Shown: one piece after another, positions 9,165 through 19,486 of the stretch | Layout: every line of letters starts with the position of its first letter | Position numbering within the stretch: position 1 is the first letter of the stretch | Program-made: the position numbers and the translations under genes | Notes under the pieces: generated by a model | Told to the model about the DNA's origin: nothing | The model's database searches: none | The model's input: only the letters and a program-made list of their open reading frames with translations | Source of the DNA: Halobacteroidaceae bacterium | GTDB lineage: Bacteria > Bacillota > Halanaerobiia > B1SED10-174 | NCBI GenBank assembly: GCA_003554585.1 | Contig: PWGV01000163.1 | Location: forward strand, 6,071-70,070 | Length of the DNA stretch: 64,000 bases | Direction of reading: 5' to 3'

Positions 9165-12000
9165 AGATAGAATTTTAATCAGAGGTGCAGCCGAGCACAA
9201 CCTGAAAAATGTAGACGTGGTAATTCCCCGCAATCAACTGGTGGTAATTACGGGGATAAGCGGTTCAGGGAAAACAACCCTGGCTTTTGATACCATTTAT
9301 GCCGAGGGACAGCGGCGTTATGTTGAATCTCTCTCTGCTTACGCCCGGCAGTTTCTGGGTCAGATGGAGAAGCCCAAGGTTGACTATATTGAAGGCCTTT
9401 CTCCCGCTATTTCCATTGACCAGAAGACAACTCACCGCAACCCCCGTTCAACAGTGGGAACAGTAACTGAAATCTATGATTACCTGCGCCTTCTTTATGC
9501 CCGAGTTGGTAAACCGCACTGTCCTGAATGCGGGGAACCCATTTCCTCCCAGTCCCTTGATGAAATGGTGGATAGGGTCCTGGATACGCCCCAGAAGACT
9601 AAAATCCAGATTATGGCACCTCTGGTGCGGGGCAGGAAGGGTGAGCATCAGCAGATTCTGGACCAGGCCCGCCGGGACGGTTTTGTCCGGGTTCGAGTTG
9701 ACGGAGAAGTTCTTTCTCTCGATGAGGATATCAAACTGGAGAAAAATATCAAGAATACCATTGAAGTAGTGGTTGACAGGATAATAATAAAAGAAGGAAT
9801 TCGGGAAAGGCTGGCTGATTCTTTGGAAACTTCCCTCCAGATTGGCAAGGGTATTGTTATCATTGACCGGCATGGACAGGAAGACCTTGTCCTGAGCGAA
9901 AAGTTTGCCTGTATTAAATGTGGAATAGATATTGAGGAATTGGCTCCCCGACTGTTTTCCTTCAACAGTCCCTTTGGAGCCTGCAGTTATTGTGATGGCC
10001 TGGGAGAAATGCACGAATTTTCCCCGGACCTTGTTCTGGACCTGGATCGTTCCCTGGTCCAGGGGGCCATCAGGCCCTGGCGCAATTCCTCAAGCCGTTA
10101 TTTTGAACAACTTCAGGAAGCCGCGGCCTCTGCCCTGGGGATTTCCATGAAAACACCTTTAAAGGATGTTCCCGAGGAAAAAGTGCAAAAACTCCTCCAT
10201 GGGGTCGATGAAAAAGTTTCTTTCCACTACACTAACCGCTGGGGGAGAACCCGCCAGCACAACACCTATTTCCGGGGAATTATTAATTACCTGCGCCGCA
10301 GGCTCGATGAAACAGGTTCCGATGGAGTAAAGGATTCTCTGGATCAGTTCATGGAAAGGAATCCCTGTCCGCGCTGCAAGGGGGACCGGTTGCGTCCGGA
10401 GGCTCTGGCTGTAACTGTGGGGGGAATATCCATTATGGATGTTACCCGGATGTCAGTGGATAAGTCTTTTGCCTTCTTCGATTCACTCCGGCTTAAAGCC
10501 CGGGATGAAATGGTCGCCAGAGAAATAATTAAGGAAATAAAAACCAGGCTATCTTTTTTGCTAAATGTGGGCCTGGAATACCTTAGTCTGAGTCGAAAAG
10601 CCGGTACCCTATCCGGCGGGGAAGCCCAGCGGATTCGGCTGGCCACCCAGATCGGTTCCCAGTTGGTGGGAGTATTATATATCCTGGACGAACCATCCAT
10701 TGGTCTCCATCAAAGGGATAATAACCGGCTGATCAATATGCTCAAGGAGTTGCGGGACCTGGGGAACACTGTACTAATTGTGGAGCACGATGAAGAAACC
10801 ATCCGCTCGGCCGACCATGTAATTGACATTGGTCCCGGCGCCGGGAGGCACGGGGGCGAGATTGTAGCTCAGGGAACGCCTGATCAGATAACTCGCAATC
10901 GCAAATCACTAACGGGAGATTATCTCGCGGGGCGGGCCCGGATCGAAGTGCCCAGTGAGAGGTACCTTCCCAACGGAAAGTTTCTGGAGGTAAAAGGAGC
11001 CCGCCAGCACAACCTGAAAAATATAGACGTGGACATTCCCCTGGGAACCTTTACCTGTATTACTGGGGTTTCGGGTTCGGGGAAATCGACTCTCGTAAAT
11101 GAAATCATCCACCGGTCCCTGATGCGCCACTTTTATAATTCCCTGGATAGGCCCGGAGATCACGACCGAATTGAAGGGCTGGAATACCTGGACAAGGTTG
11201 TTACAATTGACCAGTCTCCTATCGGGAGAACCCCCCGCTCCAACCCGGCAACCTATACCAAAGTTTTTGACCATATCCGGGAACTGTTTTCCCAGACTGC
11301 AGAAGCCCGGCGCAGGGGCTACAACAAGGGAAGGTTTAGCTTTAATGTAAAGGGAGGGCGCTGTGAGTCCTGCCGGGGGGACGGAATAATCAAGATAGAA
11401 ATGCACTTCCTGCCCGACGTTTACGTTCCCTGCGAGGTGTGTCGTGGAGCCCGCTACAACCGGGAAACCCTGGAGATCAAGTATAAAGGTAAAACTATTG
11501 CCCAGGTCCTGGATATGATTGTGGAAGAAGCCCTGGAGTTTTTCAGCAATATACCCCCGATAAAAAGGCGGCTGCAAACCATGTACGATGTAGGGCTCGG
11601 TTATATTCGGCTGGGTCAGCCTGCGACAACTCTTTCCGGGGGGGAAGCCCAGCGGGTAAAAATTTCCTCGGAACTTTGTAAAAAGAGTACAGGGCGAACC
11701 CTGTATATCCTGGACGAACCGACTACGGGTCTCCACTTTGCCGACATAAAAAACCTTCTCGCTGTCCTGGCCCGGCTGCGGGAGGGTGGTAATACAGTGG
11801 TGGTAATAGAGCACAACCTTGATGTGGTTAAAAGTGCCGACTACCTGATTGACCTCGGTCCTGAAGGCGGGGAAAAGGGAGGCTACGTTATTGCCAGAGG
11901 TACCCCGGAAGAAGTTTCCCGGGTAAAAGAATCCTATACCGGAAGATTTTTACGCCCCATCCTTAATCGGGGGCAATCGGGAGTTGAGGCTGCGAATTAA
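9151..12000 (+). CDS. uvrA: Excinuclease ABC subunit A
   Basis: [11 protein letters not shown], two ABC modules ([18 protein letters not shown]; two LSGGEAQR signatures) and zinc-finger cysteines. Overlaps the uvrB stop by 14 nt. Confidence 0.97.
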   Translation: MKSGKDRILIRGAAEHNLKNVDVVIPRNQLVVITGISGSGKTTLAFDTIYAEGQRRYVESLSAYARQFLGQMEKPKVDYIEGLSPAISIDQKTTHRNPRSTVGTVTEIYDYLRLLYARVGKPHCPECGEPISSQSLDEMVDRVLDTPQKTKIQIMAPLVRGRKGEHQQILDQARRDGFVRVRVDGEVLSLDEDIKLEKNIKNTIEVVVDRIIIKEGIRERLADSLETSLQIGKGIVIIDRHGQEDLVLSEKFACIKCGIDIEELAPRLFSFNSPFGACSYCDGLGEMHEFSPDLVLDLDRSLVQGAIRPWRNSSSRYFEQLQEAAASALGISMKTPLKDVPEEKVQKLLHGVDEKVSFHYTNRWGRTRQHNTYFRGIINYLRRRLDETGSDGVKDSLDQFMERNPCPRCKGDRLRPEALAVTVGGISIMDVTRMSVDKSFAFFDSLRLKARDEMVAREIIKEIKTRLSFLLNVGLEYLSLSRKAGTLSGGEAQRIRLATQIGSQLVGVLYILDEPSIGLHQRDNNRLINMLKELRDLGNTVLIVEHDEETIRSADHVIDIGPGAGRHGGEIVAQGTPDQITRNRKSLTGDYLAGRARIEVPSERYLPNGKFLEVKGARQHNLKNIDVDIPLGTFTCITGVSGSGKSTLVNEIIHRSLMRHFYNSLDRPGDHDRIEGLEYLDKVVTIDQSPIGRTPRSNPATYTKVFDHIRELFSQTAEARRRGYNKGRFSFNVKGGRCESCRGDGIIKIEMHFLPDVYVPCEVCRGARYNRETLEIKYKGKTIAQVLDMIVEEALEFFSNIPPIKRRLQTMYDVGLGYIRLGQPATTLSGGEAQRVKISSELCKKSTGRTLYILDEPTTGLHFADIKNLLAVLARLREGGNTVVVIEHNLDVVKSADYLIDLGPEGGEKGGYVIARGTPEEVSRVKESYTGRFLRPILNRGQSGVEAAN

Positions 12001-12003
12001 AAA

Positions 12004-12022
12004 GGACCGGGAGGTCCTTTTT
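12004..12022 (+). terminator. Intrinsic terminator after uvrA
   Basis: GGACC (12004-12008) pairs with GGTCC (12013-12017) around a GGGA loop, then T5. An A-run upstream makes it potentially bidirectional. Confidence 0.65.
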
Positions 12023-12134
12023 AATTTGTTCGGGCCTTTTACCCGGCAAAAACAGAGAACAATTTAGCCGGGGGAGAAGGAAAAAGAAAACCCGCAAAGA
12101 AGAAAAAGGAAGAACAAAAAAAGCAGGTGGAAAA

Positions 12135-13667
12135 ATGAAAATAACTGACAGGTTTTCGGAAAAAGAAAAAAAGCGTTTTAACAAGTGGTTTGCCCAAAAC
12201 CGCAAAGAGGCAATTAAGACCGGCTTTATTATTGGGTTCCATTTTTTCCTTGGTTTTCTCCTGGGCTGGTTTTTATTTTTCGGGCCCCTGGAAATTGATA
12301 ATTCCCTGGTCCAATTTCTCGGGGGCCTCCTGGTTGGAATAATAAACCTATCTTTAACCACCAGGCAAAAATTCCTTTCCATTATTGGCAGGAAAAAAGA
12401 AGCTGCTCGCCTGGAAAAAAACCTTCGCCAGGGGCGCAGGGGTATAATTGGAGTCCTGTTAATTTTAATTATTATTCAACTCTATCTCCTGGGAATTTTC
12501 CCGCCGATCAGAGGGACTTCAGAGGCAAATTTTAACCGCATGTTCAGAATTTTAAGTTCTAATTATGCTTATGAAGTAGATTGGGATGCCCTCGAAGAAA
12601 AATATCGTCCTCTTTTCGCCGGGAGCAGTTTTCCCGATGAGTTCTACCCGCTGGCTCGACAATTTTTGGGGGAACTCAAAGATCCGGGTGTAGGAGTTTT
12701 CAGCGATAATCTGCCTCCCGAAGATCGCTGGCTGGGTCTGGTGAGGAAGATTGATGACCAGGCCCTTGTTGTCTGGGTAAGGCCGGGAGCGAATTTCGAG
12801 GGGTTGGAACCGGGGGCCCGGATTATAAAAAGAGAAGGTATGGAAGTAGAGGAATTTATCCAAACCCTACCTGAAAAAGAACTCCGTGCCTCTTCGCCTC
12901 AACTCCGGGAATATAACAGTTATTCCAGGCTTTTGACCCTGGGACCGGAGGAAGAAATAGAAATCGTTTATGAAACTCCTGCAGGAGAGGAAATTACCCG
13001 GAATATTAAGTGGGACGATGAATATTACGGGGAAAATCAAACTTCTTACCTTGTTGTGGAAGAGCTGGCGGAAAATGCCGTCCTGATCGAAATCAACACG
13101 TTTTTCACCCAATTGGCACCGGATCAGCTGGCAGATTTTGATAATGCCCTCAATCAATATCTGGATAAAGATTACCTGGTTCTTGACCTGCGGGAAAACA
13201 GGGGAGGAAGTCTTTATCTTGCCGAGCTAATTGCGGGACGATTTTTTAACGAAGAGTTAGAGTACGGAGAAGAAAAATACCCTTCCCGCCTTCCTCACAA
13301 AGCCTGGAGGTCCACTTTTTACTATGATATCAACCCCCGAGAACCTGTTTTTACCGGGGAAGTAATTCTCCTCGTTGATAAGATTAATATGGGCAATGCG
13401 GAATTATTTATCGCCGCTTTTAAAGATAGTGAAAGAGCTACACTAGTTGGATTTCCCACGGCTGGATCTGCAGGGGAATCTCTTTCCATGAGAATTTCCG
13501 AGGGGCAGGTTAATTATTCCTTCGGTGATTTCTGGCGGAATGGCGAGGTCCAGCTATTTGGACAGGGAATTGCTCCCCACCATGAGGTGGATTGGCGGAG
13601 GGAACACCTTATTGAAGGGATCGATCCTTATCGGGAAGTTTTAAAAGAACTAATTGGCATGGAATAA
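12135..13667 (+). CDS. Membrane-anchored S41-family peptidase-like protein
   Basis: Three N-terminal TM segments, then LVLDLRENRGGSLYLAELIAGRFF and GFPTAGSAGESL, which are typical of the S41 / tail-specific protease fold. Confidence 0.75.
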   Translation: MKITDRFSEKEKKRFNKWFAQNRKEAIKTGFIIGFHFFLGFLLGWFLFFGPLEIDNSLVQFLGGLLVGIINLSLTTRQKFLSIIGRKKEAARLEKNLRQGRRGIIGVLLILIIIQLYLLGIFPPIRGTSEANFNRMFRILSSNYAYEVDWDALEEKYRPLFAGSSFPDEFYPLARQFLGELKDPGVGVFSDNLPPEDRWLGLVRKIDDQALVVWVRPGANFEGLEPGARIIKREGMEVEEFIQTLPEKELRASSPQLREYNSYSRLLTLGPEEEIEIVYETPAGEEITRNIKWDDEYYGENQTSYLVVEELAENAVLIEINTFFTQLAPDQLADFDNALNQYLDKDYLVLDLRENRGGSLYLAELIAGRFFNEELEYGEEKYPSRLPHKAWRSTFYYDINPREPVFTGEVILLVDKINMGNAELFIAAFKDSERATLVGFPTAGSAGESLSMRISEGQVNYSFGDFWRNGEVQLFGQGIAPHHEVDWRREHLIEGIDPYREVLKELIGME

Positions 13668-13683
13668 AAAAGAAAAATTTTGC

Positions 13684-13737
13684 TCTCCCCGGAGTCTTTA
13701 GATTGGGAACCCAATCCTCGCCTTCCGGGGAGTTTTT
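13684..13737 (+). terminator. Compound hairpin terminator
   Basis: The outer stem pairs CTCCCCGGA (13684-13692) with TCCGGGGAG (13724-13732). It encloses an inner perfect hairpin GATTGGG-aa-CCCAATC and is followed by T5. Confidence 0.55.
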
Positions 13738-13811
13738 ATTTTAACTTAACCTTACCTTCCTTTTTGCCGATAAGGGAAAAGGAAGAAAAATAATTGACTG
13801 GCCAGGAAAAG

Positions 13812-14346
13812 CCGGAGGTGGGGGAGTTTGATCGGTGGGAAAAAAGAAAGAACTTTAATCGAGCTGGCCAAGCAGAAAGGGAAGTGACAGGGTTAAACAG
13901 GGCAGCGGGATTGTAACAGAAGCGGGAGAAGCCGTCGGCAATATCCACGAGGGGGTTAATAACGTAACGGAAAAGATGGGAGAAATAACACAGAATATTC
14001 AAGCCAGAATAATCAGAGCCTCCGGGTTAAACAGGCCAGAGAAAAAATTAATTCCTTCAGGGATCACATCTCCTCCAGTACAGAAAAGCAGACCAGCAAT
14101 ACCGAGGAAGCGGTCGGGATGGTGGGAAAAATGGCAGATCTTGCCCGAAAAGTTGCCGCGGCCTCAGAAGAACAATCAGCTTCCAGTGATGAGGTAGTGA
14201 AAAAGGTAGAGAATGTCAGACGTGATGCCGAAGAAAAGGCCCGGGCGTGCGATGAGCTAGCGTCCTTCCGCAACGATTTGCAGGGCCTGTCCCGGGACCT
14301 GCTAACGGTATTAAAACAGTTTGCAATAGAAACTAAAAAAATCTAA
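13812..14346 (+). pseudogene. Remnant of a methyl-accepting chemotaxis protein (C-terminal signalling-domain fragment, frameshifted and 5'-truncated)
   Basis: The frame ending at 14346 reads ...AVGMVGKMADLARKVAAASEEQSASSDEVVKKVENV..., the MCP EEQSAS box. The adjacent frame reads TEAGEAVGNIHEGVNNVTEKMGEITQNIQ. Further upstream there is only degenerate similarity (GEFDRWEKRKNFNRAGQAEREVTG versus GFAVVAEEVRKLAE...) with stop codons. No TM, HAMP or QTNLLALNAAIEAARAGE core is present. Confidence 0.7.
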
Positions 14347-14360
14347 AAAATATTTTTTCT

Positions 14361-14384
14361 CCCTGCCCGGGCAGGGATTTTTTC
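14361..14384 (+). terminator. Intrinsic terminator
   Basis: Perfect palindrome CCCTGCCCGGGCAGGG (14361-14376) followed by a T-rich run. Confidence 0.75.
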
Positions 14385-14533
14385 TAATTGAAGGCTTTTT
14401 GGGTTAATAAAGGTTGGAAAATGAAGAAATTTAAATTGACAGAGAATTGAAAAAAGAGCAGGAAATATTTAATCTCTATTGAAGTCTGATATTAAATATT
14501 AACTATAACTTTAAATAGGGGGCCCAAAAAGAG

Positions 14534-15727
14534 ATGCAGGAGATAGTAAAGAAAATTAAAGAAAGGGTGAAAAGCTACGAACCGGAAATGGTGCAATTCT
14601 TGCGGGATATTGTCGCCATTCCCAGTGAGAGTTGCCAGGAAAAAGAAGTGGTCCAGAGGATAAAAGAGGAAATGGAGAAAGTGGGTTTTGATGAGGTTAC
14701 CATTGATCCGATGGGTAATATCCTGGGACGAATTGGTTCCGGACCCAGGGTAATTGCCTACGATGCTCACATTGATTGCGTGGGAGTAGGTAACCCGGAT
14801 GAATGGCAGTGGGATCCTTTTGCAGGAAAGATGGAAGATGGAATTGTTTATGGCCGGGGGGCCTGTGACCAGAAAAGCGGTATGGCCGCAATGGTTTATG
14901 CCGGGAAAACGATAAAAGATTTAAAACTACACGACGATTTTAGCCTTTATTTTGTGGGAACCGTGCAGGAAGAGGACTGTGACGGTTTGTGCTGGCAGTA
15001 TATTGTTAAAGAGGGCGGTCTACAGCCTGAATTTGTAGTTGTTACCGAACCAACTGACCTGAACATATACCGGGGTCAGCGGGGTAGGATGGAAATGAAA
15101 GTTATTACCGAAGGAGTTTCCTGTCACGGGAGTGCCCCCGAGCGGGGGATTAATTCGATCTACAAAATGGGACCCATAATCCAGGGGATCAAAGAACTTA
15201 ACCCCCGCTTACATGTAGATGAGTTTCTGGGAAAGGGAACTATCACCATGACCCATATTACCAACGAAACTCCCAGCCTGAATGCTGTTCCCAATCGAAC
15301 TGTTGCCTACCTGGACCGGCGCCTGACAGATGGCGAAGATAAAGAACTGGCAATTGGCCAGGTTAAAGAGGTAATTGAAAAAGCGGGAACTGAAGCCAGG
15401 GTGGAAATGCTTCACTACGAAACACCCAGCTATACCGGCCTGGTCTATCCAACAGAAAAGTATTATCCTACCTGGGTTGTTCCCCCCCAACACCCTGTAA
15501 TTGAAAGCTCGGTTAAAGCCTTCCAGGAATTATTCGAAAAAGAACCCAAGGTGGATAAGTGGAATTTCAGTACCAATGGTGTTGCGATAATGGGTCTTCT
15601 GGATATTCCTTGTATTGGTTTTGGCCCGGGTAATGAAATTTATGCCCATACTGTTAATGACCAGGTTCCCGTGGAGGATCTCTGGCAGGCTGCAGCCTTT
15701 TACGCACATTTACCCCATCAGGTTTAG
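14534..15727 (+). CDS. ygeY: YgeY-family M20 peptidase/amidohydrolase (selenium-metabolism-linked hydrolase family)
   Basis: M20 metal motifs (AYDAHIDCVG, GRGACDQKSG, VQEEDCDG) and a length of about 400 aa. Sits directly upstream of a ygeW-like gene, as in the E. coli ygeW-X-Y-hyuA locus. Confidence 0.85.
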   Translation: MQEIVKKIKERVKSYEPEMVQFLRDIVAIPSESCQEKEVVQRIKEEMEKVGFDEVTIDPMGNILGRIGSGPRVIAYDAHIDCVGVGNPDEWQWDPFAGKMEDGIVYGRGACDQKSGMAAMVYAGKTIKDLKLHDDFSLYFVGTVQEEDCDGLCWQYIVKEGGLQPEFVVVTEPTDLNIYRGQRGRMEMKVITEGVSCHGSAPERGINSIYKMGPIIQGIKELNPRLHVDEFLGKGTITMTHITNETPSLNAVPNRTVAYLDRRLTDGEDKELAIGQVKEVIEKAGTEARVEMLHYETPSYTGLVYPTEKYYPTWVVPPQHPVIESSVKAFQELFEKEPKVDKWNFSTNGVAIMGLLDIPCIGFGPGNEIYAHTVNDQVPVEDLWQAAAFYAHLPHQV

Positions 15728-15751
15728 GGGAAAAATAATGGAGGTGTTTTA

Positions 15752-16759
15752 ATGAATACCATTTTTAGAGGAAAAGATTTTATTACTACCCAGGAATGGT
15801 CCAAGGATCAACTGGAAACGGCATTTGAACTATCCAGGGAATTCAAAATGAAATTTGCCCAGAATGAGTATACTGACCATATCCTGCGAGCAAGAACTCT
15901 TTTCATGATGTTTTTTGAACAATCCACCAGAACCAGGAACTCGATCGAAGCGGGTATGACTCAGCTGGGGGGGCACGCCCACGACCTGACTCCCGATAAG
16001 CTTCAGATTTCCCACGGGGAGGTTGCCCGGGATACTGCCAAAGTGCTTTCCCGCTTTGGGCACGGAATTGCTATCCGTTACTGTGATTATGGGATCGGAA
16101 ACAAGTACTTAAGAACCCTGGCCGAAAACTCTGATATTCCTATTATTAACATGCAGGACGATTTTTACCACCCCCTGCAGGGGCTGGCTGATTTGATGAC
16201 CATCCGGGAAAAACTGGGTGATCCCCGGGGCGCGAAAATTACGATTTCCTGGGCTTATGCTACCAGCCACGCCAAGCCGCTTTCAGTGCCTCAAACCCAG
16301 GCCCTCCTGTTCACCCGCTACGGCATGGATGTTACCTTCGCCTATCCCAGGGAGTTTCCCCTGATGGGGCCCATTATGGAGCAGGCTAAAAAGAATGCAG
16401 AAGATAGTGGGGGCAAGCTCAGAATAACCCATGATATGGACGAAGGTTTTGCCGACGCACAGATTGTAATTCCCAAGAGCTGGGGCGGTTTCCTGGGAGT
16501 TGAGGATCCCTACAGTGAAGAAGGAAAAGCCCAGATGAAAGAAAACCTGGAGAAAAACCAGGCCTGGATATGTGATGAACGGAGAATGGATCTGGCCGAC
16601 AAAAACGCCTATTACATGCATGCCCTCCCTGCTGATAGGGGTAACGAGGTAACCGATCCGGTAATCGATGGACCCCAGTCAATTGTTTATGACGAGGCAG
16701 AAAACCGCCTGCACACAGCCAAGGCCATTATGGCTCTGACGATTGGAGGTAGACCATGA
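15752..16759 (+). CDS. ygeW: YgeW-type (knotted) carbamoyltransferase
   Basis: STRTRNS carbamoyl-phosphate motif. QISHGEVARDTAKV, WAYATSHAKPLSVPQ and YMHALPAD parallel E. coli YgeW QIAHGETVRETANM, WAYSPSYGKPLSVPQ and YMHCLPAD (E. coli sequence recalled from memory). Confidence 0.85.
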   Translation: MNTIFRGKDFITTQEWSKDQLETAFELSREFKMKFAQNEYTDHILRARTLFMMFFEQSTRTRNSIEAGMTQLGGHAHDLTPDKLQISHGEVARDTAKVLSRFGHGIAIRYCDYGIGNKYLRTLAENSDIPIINMQDDFYHPLQGLADLMTIREKLGDPRGAKITISWAYATSHAKPLSVPQTQALLFTRYGMDVTFAYPREFPLMGPIMEQAKKNAEDSGGKLRITHDMDEGFADAQIVIPKSWGGFLGVEDPYSEEGKAQMKENLEKNQAWICDERRMDLADKNAYYMHALPADRGNEVTDPVIDGPQSIVYDEAENRLHTAKAIMALTIGGRP

Positions 16760-18222
16760 GAATCGATTTAACTATTAATCCAGAAGGACGGAAAAATGCT
16801 ATTGAAAGGGCCCGGGAAAAACAGGTTTTAATTCCCACGCTGGCCCAGCAGAAAAATCCGGAATTGATTCCCGAAAAGATTAAGGAAAAGCTGCGCGAAG
16901 TTGGGCTCTGGGATGTTAACAGCCTTAACCTGTTTCGGATTACCTGGAAAAACGAGCCCATAGCCGAAGGAGGACTTTACGGCGGCGTCAATTACCTGGA
17001 AATTCCTCCCGAAATATCCGGTGTGCCCGCCCGAATAATTGGGCTGGTGGGGAAGTGGTTTCCAACCGGAACCCATAAGGTGGGCGCCACTTTTGGCTGC
17101 CTGGTCCCCCGCCTGATTACGGGGCAGTTTGATCCGACAAGGGAAAAAGCTGTCTGGCCCTCAACCGGAAATTACTGCCGAGGAGGAGCCTACAACTCCC
17201 AGCTTCTGGGCTGCGAATCCATTGCCATTCTTCCCGAAGGTATGAGCAGGGAAAGATTCGAATGGCTCTCCCGGATAGCCGGAGAGGTAATAGGGACTCC
17301 AGGAACGGAGAGCAATGTTAAGGAGATTTTTGATAAATGCTGGGAACTTCGCCAAACCCGGGATAATGTGGTTATCTTTAACCAGTTTGAAGAGCTGGGT
17401 AATCATCTCTGGCACTATGAAGTAACTGGAAATGCCATGGCCGAAGTCCTCCGGGGTGAGATGGGCCCGGAAGACCGCTTTGCGGGAACGGTTCTCACAA
17501 CCGGTTCAGCAGGAACCATGGGGGCAGGGGAGTTTCTCAAAGAAATCTACCCTGAGAGCCGCCTGGCGGTGGGAGAAGCACTGCAGTGCCCCACACTTCT
17601 CCAGAATGGTTATGGGGATCACCGCCTGGAAGGGATTGGGGACAAGCACGTTCCCTGGATCCATAATGCCCGCAATACCGACATGGTTTTAGGTATAGAT
17701 GACAACGATGTTATGGCCGCGGTTCGACTTTTCAATGAGGAGGAAGGCAAACGCTACCTGGAAAAACAGGGGGTTTCCCCGAAGATCATTGCAAAACTGG
17801 ACCTATTAGGAGTTTCCGGCGTGGCCAACCTGGCCGGGGCAATTAAAATGGCCAAGTATTATGAACTCGGAGGGCAGGATATAATTATGACCGTTTTCAC
17901 AGATTCCATGGAGCTTTACAGGTCTCGCCTTGAAGAAATGCAGGAAAAAGATGGTGAATTCGACGCCGAAGCTGCGGCTATTGCCTATCACCGGAACCTG
18001 CAGGGGTTGGGAACCGACTTTCTGGAAGAAATGACCTATATCGGAAAAAAGAGAATCCACCAGCTCAAATATTTTACCTGGATCGAACAACAGGGAAGAG
18101 AGCTGGATGAGCTGAATGCCCAGTGGTACGACTATGACAATTACTGGAACGAATTTCGCCAGCAGGCCGAAGAAATTGACCGGGCCATAAACGAATTTAA
18201 CAGGGAGACCGGTCTCCTGTAA
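16756..18222 (+). CDS. Fold-type II (Trp-synthase-beta-like) PLP-dependent enzyme, 488 aa; specific reaction unknown
   Basis: FPTGTHKVGATFG (candidate PLP lysine), STGNYCRGGAY and TTGSAGTMGAG loops. ATGA overlap with ygeW. Confidence 0.75.
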   Translation: MRIDLTINPEGRKNAIERAREKQVLIPTLAQQKNPELIPEKIKEKLREVGLWDVNSLNLFRITWKNEPIAEGGLYGGVNYLEIPPEISGVPARIIGLVGKWFPTGTHKVGATFGCLVPRLITGQFDPTREKAVWPSTGNYCRGGAYNSQLLGCESIAILPEGMSRERFEWLSRIAGEVIGTPGTESNVKEIFDKCWELRQTRDNVVIFNQFEELGNHLWHYEVTGNAMAEVLRGEMGPEDRFAGTVLTTGSAGTMGAGEFLKEIYPESRLAVGEALQCPTLLQNGYGDHRLEGIGDKHVPWIHNARNTDMVLGIDDNDVMAAVRLFNEEEGKRYLEKQGVSPKIIAKLDLLGVSGVANLAGAIKMAKYYELGGQDIIMTVFTDSMELYRSRLEEMQEKDGEFDAEAAAIAYHRNLQGLGTDFLEEMTYIGKKRIHQLKYFTWIEQQGRELDELNAQWYDYDNYWNEFRQQAEEIDRAINEFNRETGLL

Positions 18223-18235
18223 GGAAGGGGATAAT

Positions 18236-19486
18236 ATGCAATATGTCCAGGGTTTAAGCTGTACAAACTGCGGTAAAAGTTATTCACCCGAACCCGACCG
18301 TTACCTCTGTTCCGAATGCGGTGATAGGGGGCTTTTGGAAGTTGAGTACAATTATGATCTCATTCGCAGGAATTGGGGCAGGAAAAAGCTGGCTGATAAT
18401 CCGGAGCCCAGCCACTGGCGTTATTTACCCCTTTTGCCTGTAAATCCGGAGACCATCCGCCCACTTCTCAGGGTGGGCGGTACCCCCCTTTATCAGAACA
18501 GGGTCCTCGGGACCGAACTGGGCTTAACAGAAGTCTGGATAAAAGATGATGGACTTAACCCCACTGGTTCCTTAAAAGACAGGGCTTCTTCCCTGGCAGT
18601 GGTTAAAGCCCGGGAAGCAGGCAGGGAAATTGTGGCCTGTTCCTCCACGGGTAACGCTGCTTCCTCCCTGGCGGGAAACGCTGCTGCAAATGGGCTCCAG
18701 GCAGTAATATTTGTTCCCAAGAGAGCCCCTTCCGGCAAGGTTGCGCAGCTCATGATTTTTGGAGCGTTGGTTATTTCTGTCCAGGGCAGTTACAGTGAGG
18801 CTTACGACCTGTCCGCATCTTCGATCAAACGCTGGAACTGGTATAACCGCAATGCAGCCATAAATCCCTACCTGATGGAAGGAAAGAAAACGGCAGTCCT
18901 AGAACTTGCCGAACAGCTTGATTGGAAGCTGCCGGACTGGATTGTCCTAACCGTTGGGGATGGTTGTACAATTGCGGGAGCCGGAAAAGCTCTGCGTGAT
19001 CTCCAGGAACTCGGCTTTATTGAAAATAAGCCCCGCCTGCTCGGGGTTCAGGCTGCGGGCTGCGCCCCTATTACTAGGGCCTGGGAACAGAGCGAACCCC
19101 TGCAGGTCTGTGCTGAAGAATCCCTTGCCGACAGTATCGCGGTGGGTAACCCCCGCAACTGGAGAAAGGCGATCCGGGCCATCAAGGAAACTGATGGCGT
19201 GTTGGTTAACGTTCCCGACGAGGAAATCCTGGAGATGATGAGGCTTCTTGGACGTAAAAGTGGAATTTTTGGAGAACCCGCAGGTGTAGCGGGACTCGCG
19301 GGAATTAGGCGGGCTGTCCGGGAAGGACTTATCGGAAAAAGCCAAAAAGTTGCAGTAATTATAACCGGGAACGGTTTGAAGGACATTGACAGCGCCCGCA
19401 AAGCTGCAGGGGAGCCCTACAAACTGCCTCCTGATCTGGCCCGCATGGAAGAAGTAGTAAGTAAGGAGGGATTGAAAGAACAATGA
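18236..19486 (+). CDS. Threonine-synthase-like PLP enzyme with N-terminal zinc ribbon
   Basis: CTNCGK...CSECG ribbon, NPTGSLKDRASS (PLP lysine), SSTGNAASSLA and GDGCTIAG. May be the functional analogue of ygeX in this cluster. Confidence 0.75.
   Translation: MQYVQGLSCTNCGKSYSPEPDRYLCSECGDRGLLEVEYNYDLIRRNWGRKKLADNPEPSHWRYLPLLPVNPETIRPLLRVGGTPLYQNRVLGTELGLTEVWIKDDGLNPTGSLKDRASSLAVVKAREAGREIVACSSTGNAASSLAGNAAANGLQAVIFVPKRAPSGKVAQLMIFGALVISVQGSYSEAYDLSASSIKRWNWYNRNAAINPYLMEGKKTAVLELAEQLDWKLPDWIVLTVGDGCTIAGAGKALRDLQELGFIENKPRLLGVQAAGCAPITRAWEQSEPLQVCAEESLADSIAVGNPRNWRKAIRAIKETDGVLVNVPDEEILEMMRLLGRKSGIFGEPAGVAGLAGIRRAVREGLIGKSQKVAVIITGNGLKDIDSARKAAGEPYKLPPDLARMEEVVSKEGLKEQ

Noticed and set aside
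14385-14533. Promoter/operator for the purine cluster upstream of ygeY: TTGAAG...TATAAC with a 19-nt spacer, and the palindrome ATATTAAATAT.
   Set aside because: The spacer length is non-optimal. The AT-rich palindrome is short and does not recur upstream of other cluster transcription units, so the evidence is insufficient to call.
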